Origin: Mobula hypostoma
Taxonomy: Eukaryota
Assembly (NCBI RefSeq): GCF_963921235.1
Contig: NC_086098.1
Coordinates: forward strand, 372,001-436,000
DNA length: 64,000 nucleotides
Direction of reading: 5' to 3'
The position numbers and the translations under genes were made by a program. Within the stretch, counting starts at the first letter, position 1, and every line of letters starts with the position of its first letter. Positions 1-12,821 of this stretch are shown here, piece after piece. Under the pieces are notes generated by a model. That model saw nothing but the letters and a program-made list of their open reading frames with translations. It ran no database searches and was not told the DNA's origin.

Positions 1-2004
1 AATGAGATGGTAGGCTACAAGATCCGTGGTGTATAAAGGCTATTGTAAATCTAGTCAAGAAGAAAAGACGAGCTTACGAAAGATTCAAAAAAATCTAGGT
101 AATGATAGGGATCTAGAAGATTATGAGGCTAGCAGGAAGGAGCTTAAAAAATGAAATTAGGAGAGCCAGAAGGGGCTATGAGAAGGCCTTGGTGGACAGG
201 ATTAAGGAAATCCCCAAGGCATTCTACAAGAAGAGCAAGAGGATAAGATGTGAGAGAATAGGACCAATCACGTGTGACAGTGGAAAAGTGCGTATGGAAC
301 CGAAGGAGATAACAGAGGTACTTAATGAATACTTTGCTTCAGTATTCACTATGGAAAAGGATCCTGGCGATTGTAGGGATGACTTGCAGTGGACTGAAAA
401 GCTTGAGCATGCAGATATTAAGAAAGAGGATGCGCTGGAGCTTTTTGAAAGCATCAAGTTAGATATGTCACCAGGACTGGACGGGATGTACCCCAGGCTA
501 CTGTGGGAAGTGAGGGAGGAGACTGCTGAGCCTCTGGCGATGATCTTTGCATCATCAATGAGGACGAGAGAGGTTCCGGAGGATTGGAGGGTTACGGATG
601 TTGTTCCCTTATTCAGGAAAGGGAGTAGGGATAGCCCAGGAAATTATAGGCCAGTGAATCTTACTTCAGTGGTTGGTAAGTTGATGGAGAAGATCCTGAG
701 AGGCAGAATTTATGAACATTTGGAGAGGCATAATATGATTAGGAATAGTTAGCACGGCTTTGTCAAAGGCAGGTTGTGCCTTATGAGCCTGACTGAATTT
801 ATTGAGAATGTGACTAAACATATTGATGAAGGAAGAGCAGTAGATGTAGTGTATATGGATTTTAACAAAGCATTTGATAAGGTACCTCATGTAAGGCTTA
901 TTGAGAAAGTAAGGAGGCATGGGATCCAAGGGGACATTGCTTTGTGGATCCAGAACTGGCTTGCCCACAGAAGGCAAGTTGTGGTTGTAGGCGGGTCATA
1001 TTCTGCATGGAGGCCAGTGACCAGTGGTGTGCCTCAGTGATCTGTTCTGGGACCCCTACTCTTTGTGATTTTTATAAATGACCTGGATGAGGAAGTGGAG
1101 GGATGGGTTAGTAAATTTGCTGATGACACAAAGGTTGGAGGTGTTGTGGATAGTGTGGAGGGCTGTCAGAGGTTACAGCAGGACATTGATGGGATACAAA
1201 ACTGGGCTGAGAAGTGGCAGATGGAGTTCAAGCCAGATAAGTGTGAGATGGTTCATTTTGGTAGGTCAAGTATGATGGCAGAGTATAGCATTAATGGTAA
1301 GACTCTTGGCAGTGTGAAGGATCAGAGGGATCTTGGGGTCCGAGTCCATAGGACACTCAAGGCTGCTGCGCAGGTTGACTCTGTGGTTAAGAAGGCATAC
1401 AGTGTATTGACCTTCATCCATCATGGGATTGCGTTTCAGAGCCGATATAGGACTCTGGTCAGACTCCACTTGGAGTACTGTGCTCAGTTCTGGTTGCCTC
1501 ACTACAGGAAGGACGTGGAAACCATAGAAAGGGTGCAGGGGAGATTTACAAGGATGTTGCCTGGATTGGGGAGCATGCCTAATGAGAATAGGTTGAGTGA
1601 ACTCGGCCTTTTCCCCTCGGAGTGACGGAGGATGAGAGATGACCTGATAGAGATGTACAAGATAATGAGAGGCATTGATCATGTGGATAGTCATTAGGCT
1701 TTTCCCCAGGGTTAAAATGGCTAGCACGAGAAGGCATAGCTTTAAGGTGCTTGGAAGTAGGTACAGAGGACATGTCAGGGATAGGTTTTTTACGCAGAGA
1801 GTGGTGAGTGCGTGGAATGGTTGCCGGTGGCAGTGGTGGAGGTGGAAACAATAGGGTCTTTTAAGAGACTCCTGGATGGCTATATGGAGCTTAGAAAAAT
1901 AGAGGGCTATGGGTAACCCTGGGCTCTTCTAAGGTAGGGACATGTTCAGCACAGCTGTGTGGGCCACAGGACCTGTATTGTGCTGTAGGTTTTCTGTGTT
2001 TCTA
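1..2004 (+). mobile_element. CR1-clade LINE, ORF2 (RT) and 3' end, disrupted
   Basis: ORF pieces 123-752, 774-1040, 1065-1625 carry CR1 motifs [36 protein letters not shown]; ends in a ttttctgtgtttcta tail. Confidence 0.95.
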
Positions 2005-2007
2005 AAT

Positions 2008-2285
2008 ATTTTATTTCATTGAGATACAGATTGGAAGAGGCCATTTTGGCCCTTTGAATCTTGCCACCCAGCAATCCCTAATTTAACCTTAGCTTCATCA
2101 CTATACAATTTACAATAAATAAACTACTGGCCAGTGCACCTTTGGACTGTGGGCGGAAACTGGACCACTCAGAGGAAACCCACATGGTCATGGGGAGAAC
2201 ATACAAACTCCCTATAAACAGCAGTGAGAATGGAACTGAGGGTGCTACTATTGTAAATCATAAATTCACCACAACGCTACTTCGC
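2008..2285 (-). mobile_element. tRNA-derived V-domain SINE (HE1-like), degenerate
   Basis: Reverse strand has ggagtttgtatgttctccccatgaccatgtgggtttcc, matching the copy at 12555-12821; family name from recall. Confidence 0.7.
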
Positions 2286-2498
2286 TATGATTTGTAACCA
2301 ACATTGATGAATTTTTTTTGAAAAAAAAATCCAGCATGTAAGCTGATAAAATATTGGCACAAATATCACTTGCTATAGCTGATGGTTACAAAGTGCCTGT
2401 GTTCAATCGCACAAGTGGAAGTAAGTCATGGAATTAACACATGTATTCAGTGAGCCCTGCAATTATTGATAGTCAACTTTCCAAACTTGTCAGTTTAC

Positions 2499-2608
2499 CG
2501 GATCCCTCCAGGGTTCAAAGCTGTGGGGTACCATTGCTTATCAGATCTATACACTTCACATCTACTGTAAGGTCTGAGGCCACTTTGATTTGAATGGAGA
2601 TTCTGGAC
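2499..2608 (-). other. Candidate 110-nt internal host exon (VQNLHSNQSGLRPYSRCEVYRSDKQWYPTALNPGGI-R)
   Basis: Non-repetitive island; minus strand reads ctttctcatttttcctaacatgtAG|exon|GTaaac with one open frame; protein not recognised. Confidence 0.35.
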
Positions 2609-2689
2609 CTACATGTTAGGAAAAATGAGAAAGTAAGTTTTTTTTTAATATTATCTGTTTTTATTAATAATTTATCTGATTAATTATAA

Positions 2690-2940
2690 AGCAGGAAATT
2701 CTTTAGCCTGAGAGTGGTGAATCTGTGGAATTCTTTGTCACAGGCAGCTGTGGAAGCCAAGTCTTTATGTATATTAAAGACAGAGGTTGATAGATTTTTG
2801 ACTCATCAAGGCATGAAAGGATATGGGGAGAAGGCAGGAGATTGGGACTGGGAGTAAAATTGGATCAGTCATGATGAAATCGTGAAGCAGACTCAATAGG
2901 CCAAATGGCCTAATTCCACTCCTATGTTTTATGGTCTTGT
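2690..2940 (+). mobile_element. CR1 3' fragment
   Basis: gagagtggtgaatctgtggaatt...ggccaaatggcctaattcc...ttatggtctt matches the 3' ends of other CR1 copies in the window. Confidence 0.85.
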
Positions 2941-2971
2941 GTTCTTGTATAATTAATTAATATTTAATTAA

Positions 2972-4075
2972 GGTGGTATCCACTATTGAGGATCCTCACC
3001 ACCCTGGACATACCTTCTTCTCATTGCTACCATCAGGGAGGAGCTACAGGTGCTTGAAGACACACACTCAGTGCTTCAGGAACAGCTTCTTCCCCTCCAC
3101 CATCAGATTTCTGAATGGACAATGAGCCCATGTACATTATCTCATTAAAAAAATTTTTTTGGCTCTATTTTTCTCTTTCTGTTCTACTTATTTAATATAA
3201 TTTTACATATATGCTTATTTTAATTTATAGTTTTTTATTAGAAATAACTCAATGTGTAGCTTGGGTGGTTGATGGTTGGGTTAAGTTGTTCTCTGAGCTT
3301 GGAAATTCATTTGCAAATGTTTCGTCATCATACGAGGAGACATCATCAGTGCGCTGTTCACGTGTGTCCTCTGAATGCTTGGTCTTTATATGCGTATCAA
3401 TCAGTTTGATTGGTTGTCATTATGGAAACTCAATTGTGATGTAAGGAGGGAGTCTCATTGTTGATTCATTGCGTGGTGAATTCTGTGAGTTGTCTTGAAT
3501 TTTGCCCACATTGGCTTATAAATGGGGCGAGGGCTACACGTCAGTTATAGAATTGTTTGTGAAATACTATGCTTCTAGGAATTCTCTTGCATGCTGCGTG
3601 CTTGCTTGCACCATGACTTTCACTGATGCCCAGTCGAATTTATACCTCTATTGATCTTCAAAGGTTGAGACGAGAGAGAATTGGTCATGTGGTTTTACAG
3701 CCAGTTGATGTTCATGCACCCTTGTGGATAGTTTTCTCCATTTATAAGCCAATATGGGCAAAATTCCAGACAATTCAGAATTTACCACGCAATCAATCAG
3801 CTATGAGATCCCTCCCTACAACACACTTGACTTTCCGTAATGATGACTGATCAACTGTTGATAAATATATAAAGGCCCAGCACATGGAGAACACACCATA
3901 AGTGAACGGTGCACTGATGATGCTTCCTTGTATGGCGACAAAACATTTGTAAATGGATTGCCAAGACTGGAGAACAACTCAACCCAACCATAGTTTATAT
4001 TATGTATTGCATTGTACTGCTGCTGTAAACGAATTTTATGACATATGACAGTGATATTAAACCTGATTCCGATTG
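2972..4075 (+). mobile_element. Rex/Babar-like LINE 3' remnant, split by a Penelope insertion
   Basis: DPHHPGH...LPSGRSYR...FRNSFFP-type C-terminus at 2972-3120; AT-rich 3' UTR resumes at 3991. Confidence 0.6.
3241..3989. mobile_element. Old fold-back Penelope-like element (family 2)
   Basis: Inverted arms about 3272-3525 and 3737-3991; minus strand encodes the decayed GIY-YIG C-terminus QASTQHAREFLEA*; hammerhead-like ctgatga...gaaac in both arms; degenerate TSD atagttttttatta / atagtttatatta. Confidence 0.75.
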
Positions 4076-4965
4076 TGCATATAATTAAATTATATAATAA
4101 TTTATTAAAGTGATAGAAAAGTAACTTAAAAGTAATACCTTTCATAATTTATTTCAATTTTTTTATTCAGCCATTTTTCCTTTGCAATATTGCACAATTG
4201 TCTGGTCTGTCTGTCTAGCTCTTTATATTGCACTTCATTATTCTTCACTAACCTTCTTTGTTCCATCAGATCTAGAATTTCTTGGGTTATCCACCCCTTG
4301 TCGGTGTGTTGGATTTCTTGTACTGGGATTATCTCCTCTGCTGATTGCTGTATAGCGTATTTAAATCTGTCCCAAATAGGTGGTGCTACGTTTTCATTGA
4401 GGTGTTCTTCTACAGCTGTCTTGAATTGTTGCTTAAGTATGCTATCATTTTTAAGTTCTCCCAACATATACTTCTTTCTCTTTTTTCCACGTTTCAGTTT
4501 CTTTAATTTTGTTTTGATGGTAGCTATTACTGGATGGTAATCTGAACCGCAGTCTGCTCCTGGGTAGGCTTTAGAATTTGTGATATTATTTCTAATGCAT
4601 TCATTGATGGTAATGAAATCTATCTGATTCCTTGTTCTATCTCCAGGGCTAATCCAAGTACACAATCTAACTGGATGGTTTTTATACCAAGTATTGGTGA
4701 TGACTTGGTTGTTTCTGACACACCAATCAGTAAACCTTCCTCCATTTTCATTTTTCTCCCCTAATCCAAAGGGTTCTATTATGTTATCAGCCCTTTCCTG
4801 CCCAACTTTGGCGTTAAAATCTCCCATGACAAGTTTTATATCCTGAGATTTACATTGCTCATAAGCACTGTTGAGATCTTCATAAAACTTGTTGATATCC
4901 TCTTCATCCGCATCATTTGTTGGCGTGTAGGCTTGGATTATGCTAATGTTTAACATTAGCATAAC

Positions 4966-5523
4966 AGGTCCTTTAATATCTGCCGGACGATGCTGAGGAT
5001 GTTCTACGAGTCTGTGGTGGCCAGTGCTATCATGTTTGCCGTTGTGTGCTGGGGCAGCAGACTGAGGGTAGCAGACACCAACAGAAGCAACAAACTCATT
5101 CGGAAGACCAGTGATGTTGTGGGGATGGAACTGGACTCTCTCACGGTGGTGTCTGAAAAGAGGATGCTGTCTAAGTTGCATGCCATCTTGGTCAATGTCT
5201 CCCATCTACTACATAATGTACTGGTTGGGCACAGGAGTACATTCAGCCAGAGACTCATTCCACCGAGATGTAGCACAGAGCGTCATAGGAAATCATTCCT
5301 GCCTCTGGCCATCAAACTTTACAACTCCTCCTTTGGAGGGTCAGACACCCTGAGCCAATAGGCTGGTCTTGGACTTATTTCATAATTTACTGGCATAATT
5401 TGCATATTACTATTTAACTATTTATGGTTCTATTACTATTTATTATTTATGGTGCAACTGTAAGGAAAACCAATTTCCCCCGGGATCAATAAAGTATGAC
5501 TATGACTATGACTATGACTGTGA
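4966..5523 (+). mobile_element. Rex/Babar-like LINE, 5'-truncated
   Basis: ORF 4990-5361 is an RT C-terminus; (TATGAC)n tail; TSD ctaatgtt at 4943-4950 and 5524-5531. Confidence 0.85.
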
Positions 5524-5925
5524 CTAATGTTAAAAGGGTTACCCTAAAAGCAGCCGATCGGATATTGCCCAATATCCCATAAGACATTTTGATACTTGCT
5601 TGTTTAAAATAATTCCAACTCCATACATATGCTGTTGACCTCCAGAATACATTATCAGACAACTTTTCTTAGTGAATTTGCCACTGTTGCTCCATCTAAT
5701 TTCTGACAGGCCTAAGATATCAACTTCCAACCTTTTCATTTCATTTAATATGTTGTCCAACTTTCCTTTCTGGTAAAGTGTACGGATGTTCCATGTTGCT
5801 ACCCTTAGCCTTTCCCTAATGCTTACAGTCTCTGGATGACGGTCTGGTGTCACCTGCAGCACATGACTACCCCTACCGAGCAAGGTGTTGCTCTGTTGAT
5901 TAGAATCAACCCTATTCACAAATGA

Positions 5926-6175
5926 CCTGACTTGGTCTAACCAAGCAGAGTTCACTGTCAAGAAGGCCCACCAGCACCTTTATTTCCTGAGAAAACTAAA
6001 GAGATTTGGTCTGTTCCCTAAAACCCTCACTAATTTTTATAGATGCACCGTAGAAAGCATTCTATGGTGGTATGGAAGTTGTCCTGTTCAAGACCGGAAG
6101 AAGCTGCAGAAGGTCGTGAACACAGCCCAGCACATCACACAAACCAATCTTCCATCCTTGGACTCACTTTACACT
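5926..6175 (+). mobile_element. Rex/Babar- or L2-like RT fragment
   Basis: Encodes KKAHQHLYFLRKLKRFGL...FYRCTVESIL. Confidence 0.7.
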
Positions 6176-6772
6176 GCAGTGCTCATCTAACTAGAGCATT
6201 TGACCTCTATCGGGCCAATTTGACCAACTGGGAATCATACACTAGACATCGCCCAACCTTTGCTGTTGTACAAAGACAATTCTCCACCAAAGCTTGGAAT
6301 CCATCTCCCTGCTGCCGGAGACTTCAGTGATTTTAGGTGGCACCACTACCTTTGGTCTGGTTATTTTTCTGGCACCAAATATTCGCCAAAGACAGAGCTC
6401 CTCAGAGAGACAGGGTGCACCCGGACCTAAGCCCTACGTGAAGGCAGAGTTCTCTTGGGTGGTAGAAGCTATATAATCGCTGTTGGCATTTCCTGATATT
6501 TAATCAGGACCTAACCACCCCATACATCCCAGATAAATTATATGAGAGGTGAATTTAGTATATAGAGCAGCTGTTTGAGGATAATAGAGGGGATCCCCCA
6601 GATATTAAACGCCCTAATTCTGGCCCACCTGTTACCAAAGAAGAAATAACTAAAGCAATGAAAAGCATGAAACATGGTAAAGCCACTGGACCTGATGAAA
6701 TTTCAGTGGAAGTGATACAAGCTCTAGAAGATCTGGGCATAGATATTCTTTTTGAACTGTTTAATGGCATAC

Positions 6773-7920
6773 ATAGCCATAGTCATAGTCATACTTTATT
6801 GATCCCGGGGGAAATTGGTTTTCATTACAGTTGCACCATAAATAATAAATAGTAATAGAACCATAAATAGTTAAATAGTAGTATGTAAATTATGCCAATA
6901 AGTTATGAAATAAGTCCAGGACTAGCCTATTGGCTCAGGGTGTCTGACCCTCCAAGGGAGGAGTTGTAAAGTTTGATGGCCAGAGGCAGGAATGACTTCC
7001 TATGATGCTCTGTGCTGCATCTCGGTGGAATGAGTTTCTGGCTAAATGTACTCCTGTGCCCACCCAGTACATTATGTAATGGATGGGAGACATTGTCCAA
7101 GATGGCATGCAACTTAGACAGCATCCTCTTTTCAGACACCACCGTGAGAGAGTCCAGTTCCATCCCCACAACATCACTGGCCTTACAAATGAGATTGTTG
7201 ATTCTGTTGGTGTCTGCTACCCTCAGCCTGCTGCCCCAGCACACAATGGCAAACATGATAGCACTGGCCACCACAGATTTGTACAACATCCTCAGCATCT
7301 TCCGGCAGATGTTAAAGGACCTCAGTCTCCTCAGGAAATAGAAACGGCTCTGACCCTTCTTGTAGACAGCCTCAGTGTTCTTTGACCAGTCCAGTTTATT
7401 GTCAATTCGTATCCCCAGGTATTTGTAATCCTCCACCATATCCACACTGACCCCCTGGATGGAAACAGGGGTCACCGGTACCTTAGCTCTCCTTAGGTCT
7501 ACCACCAGCTCCTTAGTCTTTATCACATTAAGCTGCAGATAATTCTGCTCACACCATGTGACAAAGTTTCCTACTGTAGCCCTGTACTCAGCCTCATCTC
7601 CCTTGCTGATGCATCCAACTATGGCAGAGTCATCCGAAAACTTCTGAAGATGACAAGACTCTGTGCAGTAGTTGAAGTCCAAGGTGTAAATGGTGAAGAG
7701 AAAGGGAGACAAGACAGTCCCCTGGGGAGCCCCAGTGCTGCTGATCACTCTGTCGGACACAGTGTTGCAAGCACACGTACTGTGGTCTGCCAGTCAGGTA
7801 ATCAAGAATCCATGATACCAGGGAAGCATCCACCTGCATCACTGTCAGCTTCTCCCCCAGCAGAGCAGGGCAGATGGTGTTGAACGCACTGGAGAAGTCA
7901 AAAAACATGACCCTCATACC
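6773..7920 (-). mobile_element. Rex/Babar-like LINE, 5'-truncated, same family as 4966-5523
   Basis: ORF 6927-7760 with GAPQGTVLSP and QKFSDDSA; same 3' UTR and (TATGAC)n tail. Confidence 0.9.
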
Positions 7921-9419
7921 CTCATGCGTATATGAGTCTAGTTTATTGCCTGACGATCTCTTGAAATCAGTATTTATAACTCTGCCAAAAATTCCTGGAA
8001 CTATTGACTGCAAAAATTATAGAACAATCAGTCTTATGAGTCACATAATAAAGATTTTGTTGAGAATTGTTCTGAGTTGAATTAAAGACAAGTTAAGACC
8101 AGAAACTTCTAAACTACAATATGGGTTTATTGAGGATGGAGGAACTAGGAACGCAATTTTCATACTACGAATGCTTTCAGAAAGGGCAATTGAATATCAA
8201 AATAATGTCTTTTTATGTTTTATTGATTTCACTAAAGCATTCGACAAAATGCAACATGAAAAATTATTTCAAATTCTCGCTAAACTAAACATTGACGGAA
8301 GGGACCAATAACTGCTTCAAAATTTATATTGGAACCAAACGATGGCGGTAAAAATTGATGATAATATAAGCAGTTGGACTAAAATTCAAAGAGCAGTTAG
8401 ACAGGGATGCGTTGCCTCACCGGAATTGTTCAATATCTATAGTGAAATTGTTCTCAGAGTAATAGAAGACCTAGATGGGATAAAAATTGGAGGTGTTAAA
8501 ATCAACAATATAAGATATGCAGATGATACCACCCTAATAGCAAGTGCTGCCGAAGACCTACAAATCTTCCTAGACAAAGTAGTACAAGCAAGTACAGATT
8601 TTGGTCTAACCATCAACTGTAAAAAATATCAAATGTATGGTAATATCAAAACAGCAGGATAATCCCAACTGCCAATTGTACATTGGTAACCAAGAGATTG
8701 AACAAAAGACCAGCTTTAATTACCTTGGTAGTTTTATATCACAAGATGCTAGATGTAAAGTAGAAATAAAAAGAAGAATTGCCATTGCCAAAACCAACTT
8801 CCAAAAAAAGAAACCCATTCTTACCAACAGACACATTTCTATGACAACAAGGCTTAGGCTACTAAAATGTTACATCTGCTCTATCTTACTGTATGCTTCT
8901 GAAACATGGACTATAACACCAGAACTCCAAAGAAACTTAGAAGCAACAGAAATGTGGTTTCTTAGAAAAATGCTGAAAATATCATATAGAGATAGGGTAA
9001 CAATGAGACAGTACTCCAACGTGCCCATACAAAAAGATCTTTAATGAGAACATTAAATGAGAGGAAATTTAAATTCCTGGGGTATATCATCAGAAAGGGA
9101 GAAATAGAATGCCTTACATTACAAGGCCATATGCCTGGGAAACGCGGAAGAGGAAGGCAAAGAAGAAAACACTGTGAAAGAACTAACAGATCTAAGTGTG
9201 CGTGATATCATTGACATTGCATGGGATCGTTCGATAAGGAAAGCCATGATTGCCCAAGCGTGTAATGCAAAAGGCACATGAAGAAGAAGATTTCAATTTA
9301 GATAGTTTCCTTGGGATTCCTGAGTTAAATATATTGATGTAGAAGTATTGGTGAGGCTGTGATATTACTGTGTGAATAGCATTTTAATCTTGCTTGAACC
9401 CAGTTGCTGTCTATATTGG

Positions 9420-9905
9420 AGGCCTTCCATTAATTGAGGTCGACCATGGATACTGCATCCTAGCTGTCTATGTCATACAAAAACCATTACAGAAGCCAGG
9501 GCAGTACGATATGGAGAGCAAGCTGTTGCCCATGCAGTAGACTCCCCCGCTCCACGCAGCTGACGAACCCAAAAGAACAGCAGAAACTGATGCAGTTTGG
9601 AATCCGCAGAATCTCAGGAGTCGCCATTTGATGTTGAATTCAATGTAGGACTGTCTTAGGGACTCTAGCTTCATAATTTTCCTCTTGAAGCCTTTCCCAT
9701 GAGTCTGAGACAAGAGTTTTCCATTTCTTAGATGAACTGCCAACTATGGCTGACAAGCTTTATCTGCCCAAAGTGATTGGCTTTAAGGTGCCAGTAACCC
9801 GCCTTTGCTCCTACTCCTGCCGGTAGAACAGTCCCGCTATGCTTAGTAGCAAAGTCGCACGTGAAGACCATGAGCTGGTTTTATTTGTCAGAATGGCACG
9901 CCATT
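9420..9905 (-). mobile_element. Probable non-autonomous RTE-UTR-derived repeat
   Basis: Non-coding; resembles (from recall) RTE 5'UTR-derived short elements; not verifiable here. Confidence 0.35.
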
Positions 9906-9906
9906 C

Positions 9907-12225
9907 GACCATAAGACATAGGAGCAGAATTAGGCCATTTGGCCCATCAAGTCTGCTCCGCCATTCAATCATGGCTGTATTTTTTTTCTCCTCCTTAGCC
10001 CCATTTCCAGGCCTTCTCTCAGTAACCTTTGATGCCATGCCCAATCAAGAACCTATCAAGCTCTGCCATAAATACACCCAGTGACCTGGCCTCCACAGTT
10101 GCATATGGCAACAAATTCCACAAATTCACCACCCTTTGGCTAAAGAAATTTCTCCACATTTCTGTTTTGAAAGGGTGTCCCTCTATCCTGAGGCTGTGCC
10201 CTCTTGTCCTGGACTCTCCCACCATGGAAAACATCGTTTCCACATCTACTCTGTCTAGTCCTTTCAACATTCAAAAGGTTTCAATGAGATCCCCCCCTCA
10301 TCCTTCTAAATTTCAATGAGTGCAGACACAGAGCCATCAAATGTTCCTCATATGATAACACTTCCATTCCTGGAATCATCCTTGTGAATCTCCTCAGGAC
10401 CCTATCCAATGCAAGCACATCTCTTCTAAGATGAAGAGCCCAAAACTGTACTCAATTATCAAAGGGAGGCCTCAACAGTGCCTTATAAAGCCTCAGGATC
10501 ACATCCCTGCTCTTGTATTCTAGACCTCTTGAAATGAATGCTAATATTGCACTTGACTTCCTCACCATTGACTCAACCTGTAAGTTAACCTTAAGGGTGT
10601 CCTGCACAAGGACTCCCAAGTCCCTTTATATCAAAGATTTTTGGATTTTCTCCCCATTTAGAAAATAGTCTGCACATTTGTTTCTACTACCATAATGCAT
10701 GACCATGCATTTTCCAACATTGTATTTCTAAGGTAAGGACATGTTCGGCTCAGCTTTGTAGGCTGAAGGACCTGCATTGTGCTGTAGGTTTTCTATGTTT
10801 CTGTTTTATGTTTCTATTTGTCATTTCACTCCCATTCTCCTAATCTGTCTAAGCCCTTCTGCATGCTACCTGTTTCCTCAACACTAACTGTCCCTCCACC
10901 AATCTTTGTATCATCTGCAAACTTGGCAATAAAGCCATCTATTCCATCATCTAAATCATTTATATACAGCATAAAAAGAAGTGGTCCCAACACTGACCCC
11001 TGCAGAATAACACTAGTCACTGGCAGCCAAACGAGGCAAGGAGTCTTTTATTCCCTCTTGTTGCCTTCTTCCAATCAGCCAATGCTCTAACCATCTTAGT
11101 AAACTTTCCTATAATACCATGGGCTCCTAACTTGGTAAGTAGCCTCATGTGTGGCACCTTGTCAAAGGCCTTCTGAATGTCCAAAGATACAACATCCACT
11201 GCATTCTTTTATCTATCCTACTTATAATCTCCTGAAAGAATTCCAACAGGTTCATCAGGCAAGATTTCCCTGAAGGAAACCATGTTGACTTTGTCTCATC
11301 TTGTCCTGTGTCACCAAGTACTCCATCACCTCGTCCTTAACAATTGACTCCAACATCTTCCCAGCCACTGAGGTCAGGCTAACTGGTCTATAATTTCCTA
11401 TGCGCTGCCTTCCCCTTTCTTAAAGAGTGGAGTGACATTTGCAATTTTCTAGTCCTCTGGAACCATGCCAGAGTCAAATGATTTTTGAAAGATAATTTCT
11501 AATGCTTCCACAATCTTTAGCACTACCTCCTTCAGAACCCTAGGGTGTAGTTCATCTTGTCTAGGTGACTTATGTACCTTTAGGTCTTTCAACTTTTTGA
11601 GCACCTTCTCTCTTACAACAGTAACTGCACCCACTTCTCTTCCTTCACACACTGCAACACCTGGCACGTTGCTAGTGTCTTCCACAGTAAAGACTGATGC
11701 AAAGTACTCATTTAATTCACCTACCATCTCCTTGTCCCCTGTTATTAATTCTCTTGCCTCATTTTCTAGCAGTCCCATATCCACTCTGTCTCTTTTATTT
11801 TTTACATACTTCAAAAAGCTTTTACTCTCCACTTTGATATTATTTGCTAGCTTGCTTTCATATTTCATCATTTCCCTTCTAATAATTTTTTTAGTTGCTC
11901 TCTGTAGGTTTTTAAAAACTTCCCAATCCTCTACCTTCCCACTAATTTTTGCGTTGTTATATGCCCTTTTTTTCGCTTTTACAATAGCTTTGACATCCCT
12001 TGTCAGCCATAGTTGTACTATTTTGTCATTTGAGTATTTCTCCATTTTTGGAATACACATGTCCTGCAACTTCATTTTTCCCAGAAACACACGCCATCGC
12101 TGCTCTGCTGACATCCCTGCCAGCAGCTCCTTCCAATTTACTTTGGCCAACTCCTCTCTCATACCAGTGTAATTTTCCTTACTCTACTGAAATAGTGGTA
12201 TGTCAGACTTTACTTTATCGCTATT
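9907..12225 (-). mobile_element. CR1-clade LINE ORF2, decayed
   Basis: ORFs 11449-12162, 10826-11020, 10019-10270 carry CR1 motifs; cttatggtc tail at 9907; interrupted by a short + strand CR1 tail at 10729-10815. Confidence 0.9.
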
Positions 12226-12554
12226 AGGAGCATTTATTAGATAGTGGGAGTTTATCCGCACCCCTCAACTATGACATCTGTAAGGAACTGTTGTCTATGT
12301 GATTCATTGACACAGAAAATGAGAAAGACCTGGTTTTATGTTCTATTTTCCATATTCCAGTCCACTAAGGAATGGGCACAGAGCTGCAAAGAGTCTGTGT
12401 GAGGAGATTCTGAGCTGTAGATGACAGTGAATCCATGTAGACTCAAGTGTCAGGGACTCTGCCTTTGTTATGTTTGGGTTTTCATGGATTCCATTGCATT
12501 TCTTTATTTTCCTGTGGGTACCTGGAAGAAAATGAATCTCATGGTACAAAGCTA

Positions 12555-12821
12555 TGGGTGCTACAATACCGTTAGTGTTTAGTGCAGCTCCATCACAGCT
12601 CGGGGCCTTCCAGAGTTTGGAGTTCAATTCCACTGCCTTCTGGAAGGAGTTTGTACGTTCTCCCCATGACCTGTGTGGGTTTCCTTCCACAGTCCAAAGT
12701 ATTTGGTTAGAAGATTAATTGGTCAGTGTAAATAATCCTGTGATTAGCTTGGGTTGCTGGGTGGTAGAGCTCATTGGGCGCAAAGGACCTGTTCGTGATG
12801 TATCTATGAATAATAAATAAA
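12555..12821 (+). mobile_element. tRNA-derived V-domain SINE (HE1-like)
   Basis: B-box-like ggagttcaattcc followed by ggagtttgtacgttctccccatgacctgtgtgggtttcc; A-rich tail. Confidence 0.7.

Larger units (their letters stand above)
4161..9289. mobile_element. RTE-clade LINE with inverted 5' half (5'UTR and endonuclease on -, RT on +)
   Basis: Minus strand: VATWNIRTL, MGDFNAKVG, RNQIDFI, SDYHPV. Plus strand from about 6557: KATGPDEI, NYRTISLMSH, RQGCVASP, IRYADD. (GAA)n tail; TSD atttcaattt at 4151-4160 and 9290-9299. Confidence 0.9.

Noticed and set aside
4126..5205. 359-aa ORF as a novel endonuclease gene
   Set aside because: Chimera of antisense Rex sequence and the RTE APE domain across an insertion junction.
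5524..6772. RTE inversion caused by recombination between the two inverted Rex copies
   Set aside because: The RTE is collinear across each Rex insertion, and the strand switch near 6555 lies between them, not at them.
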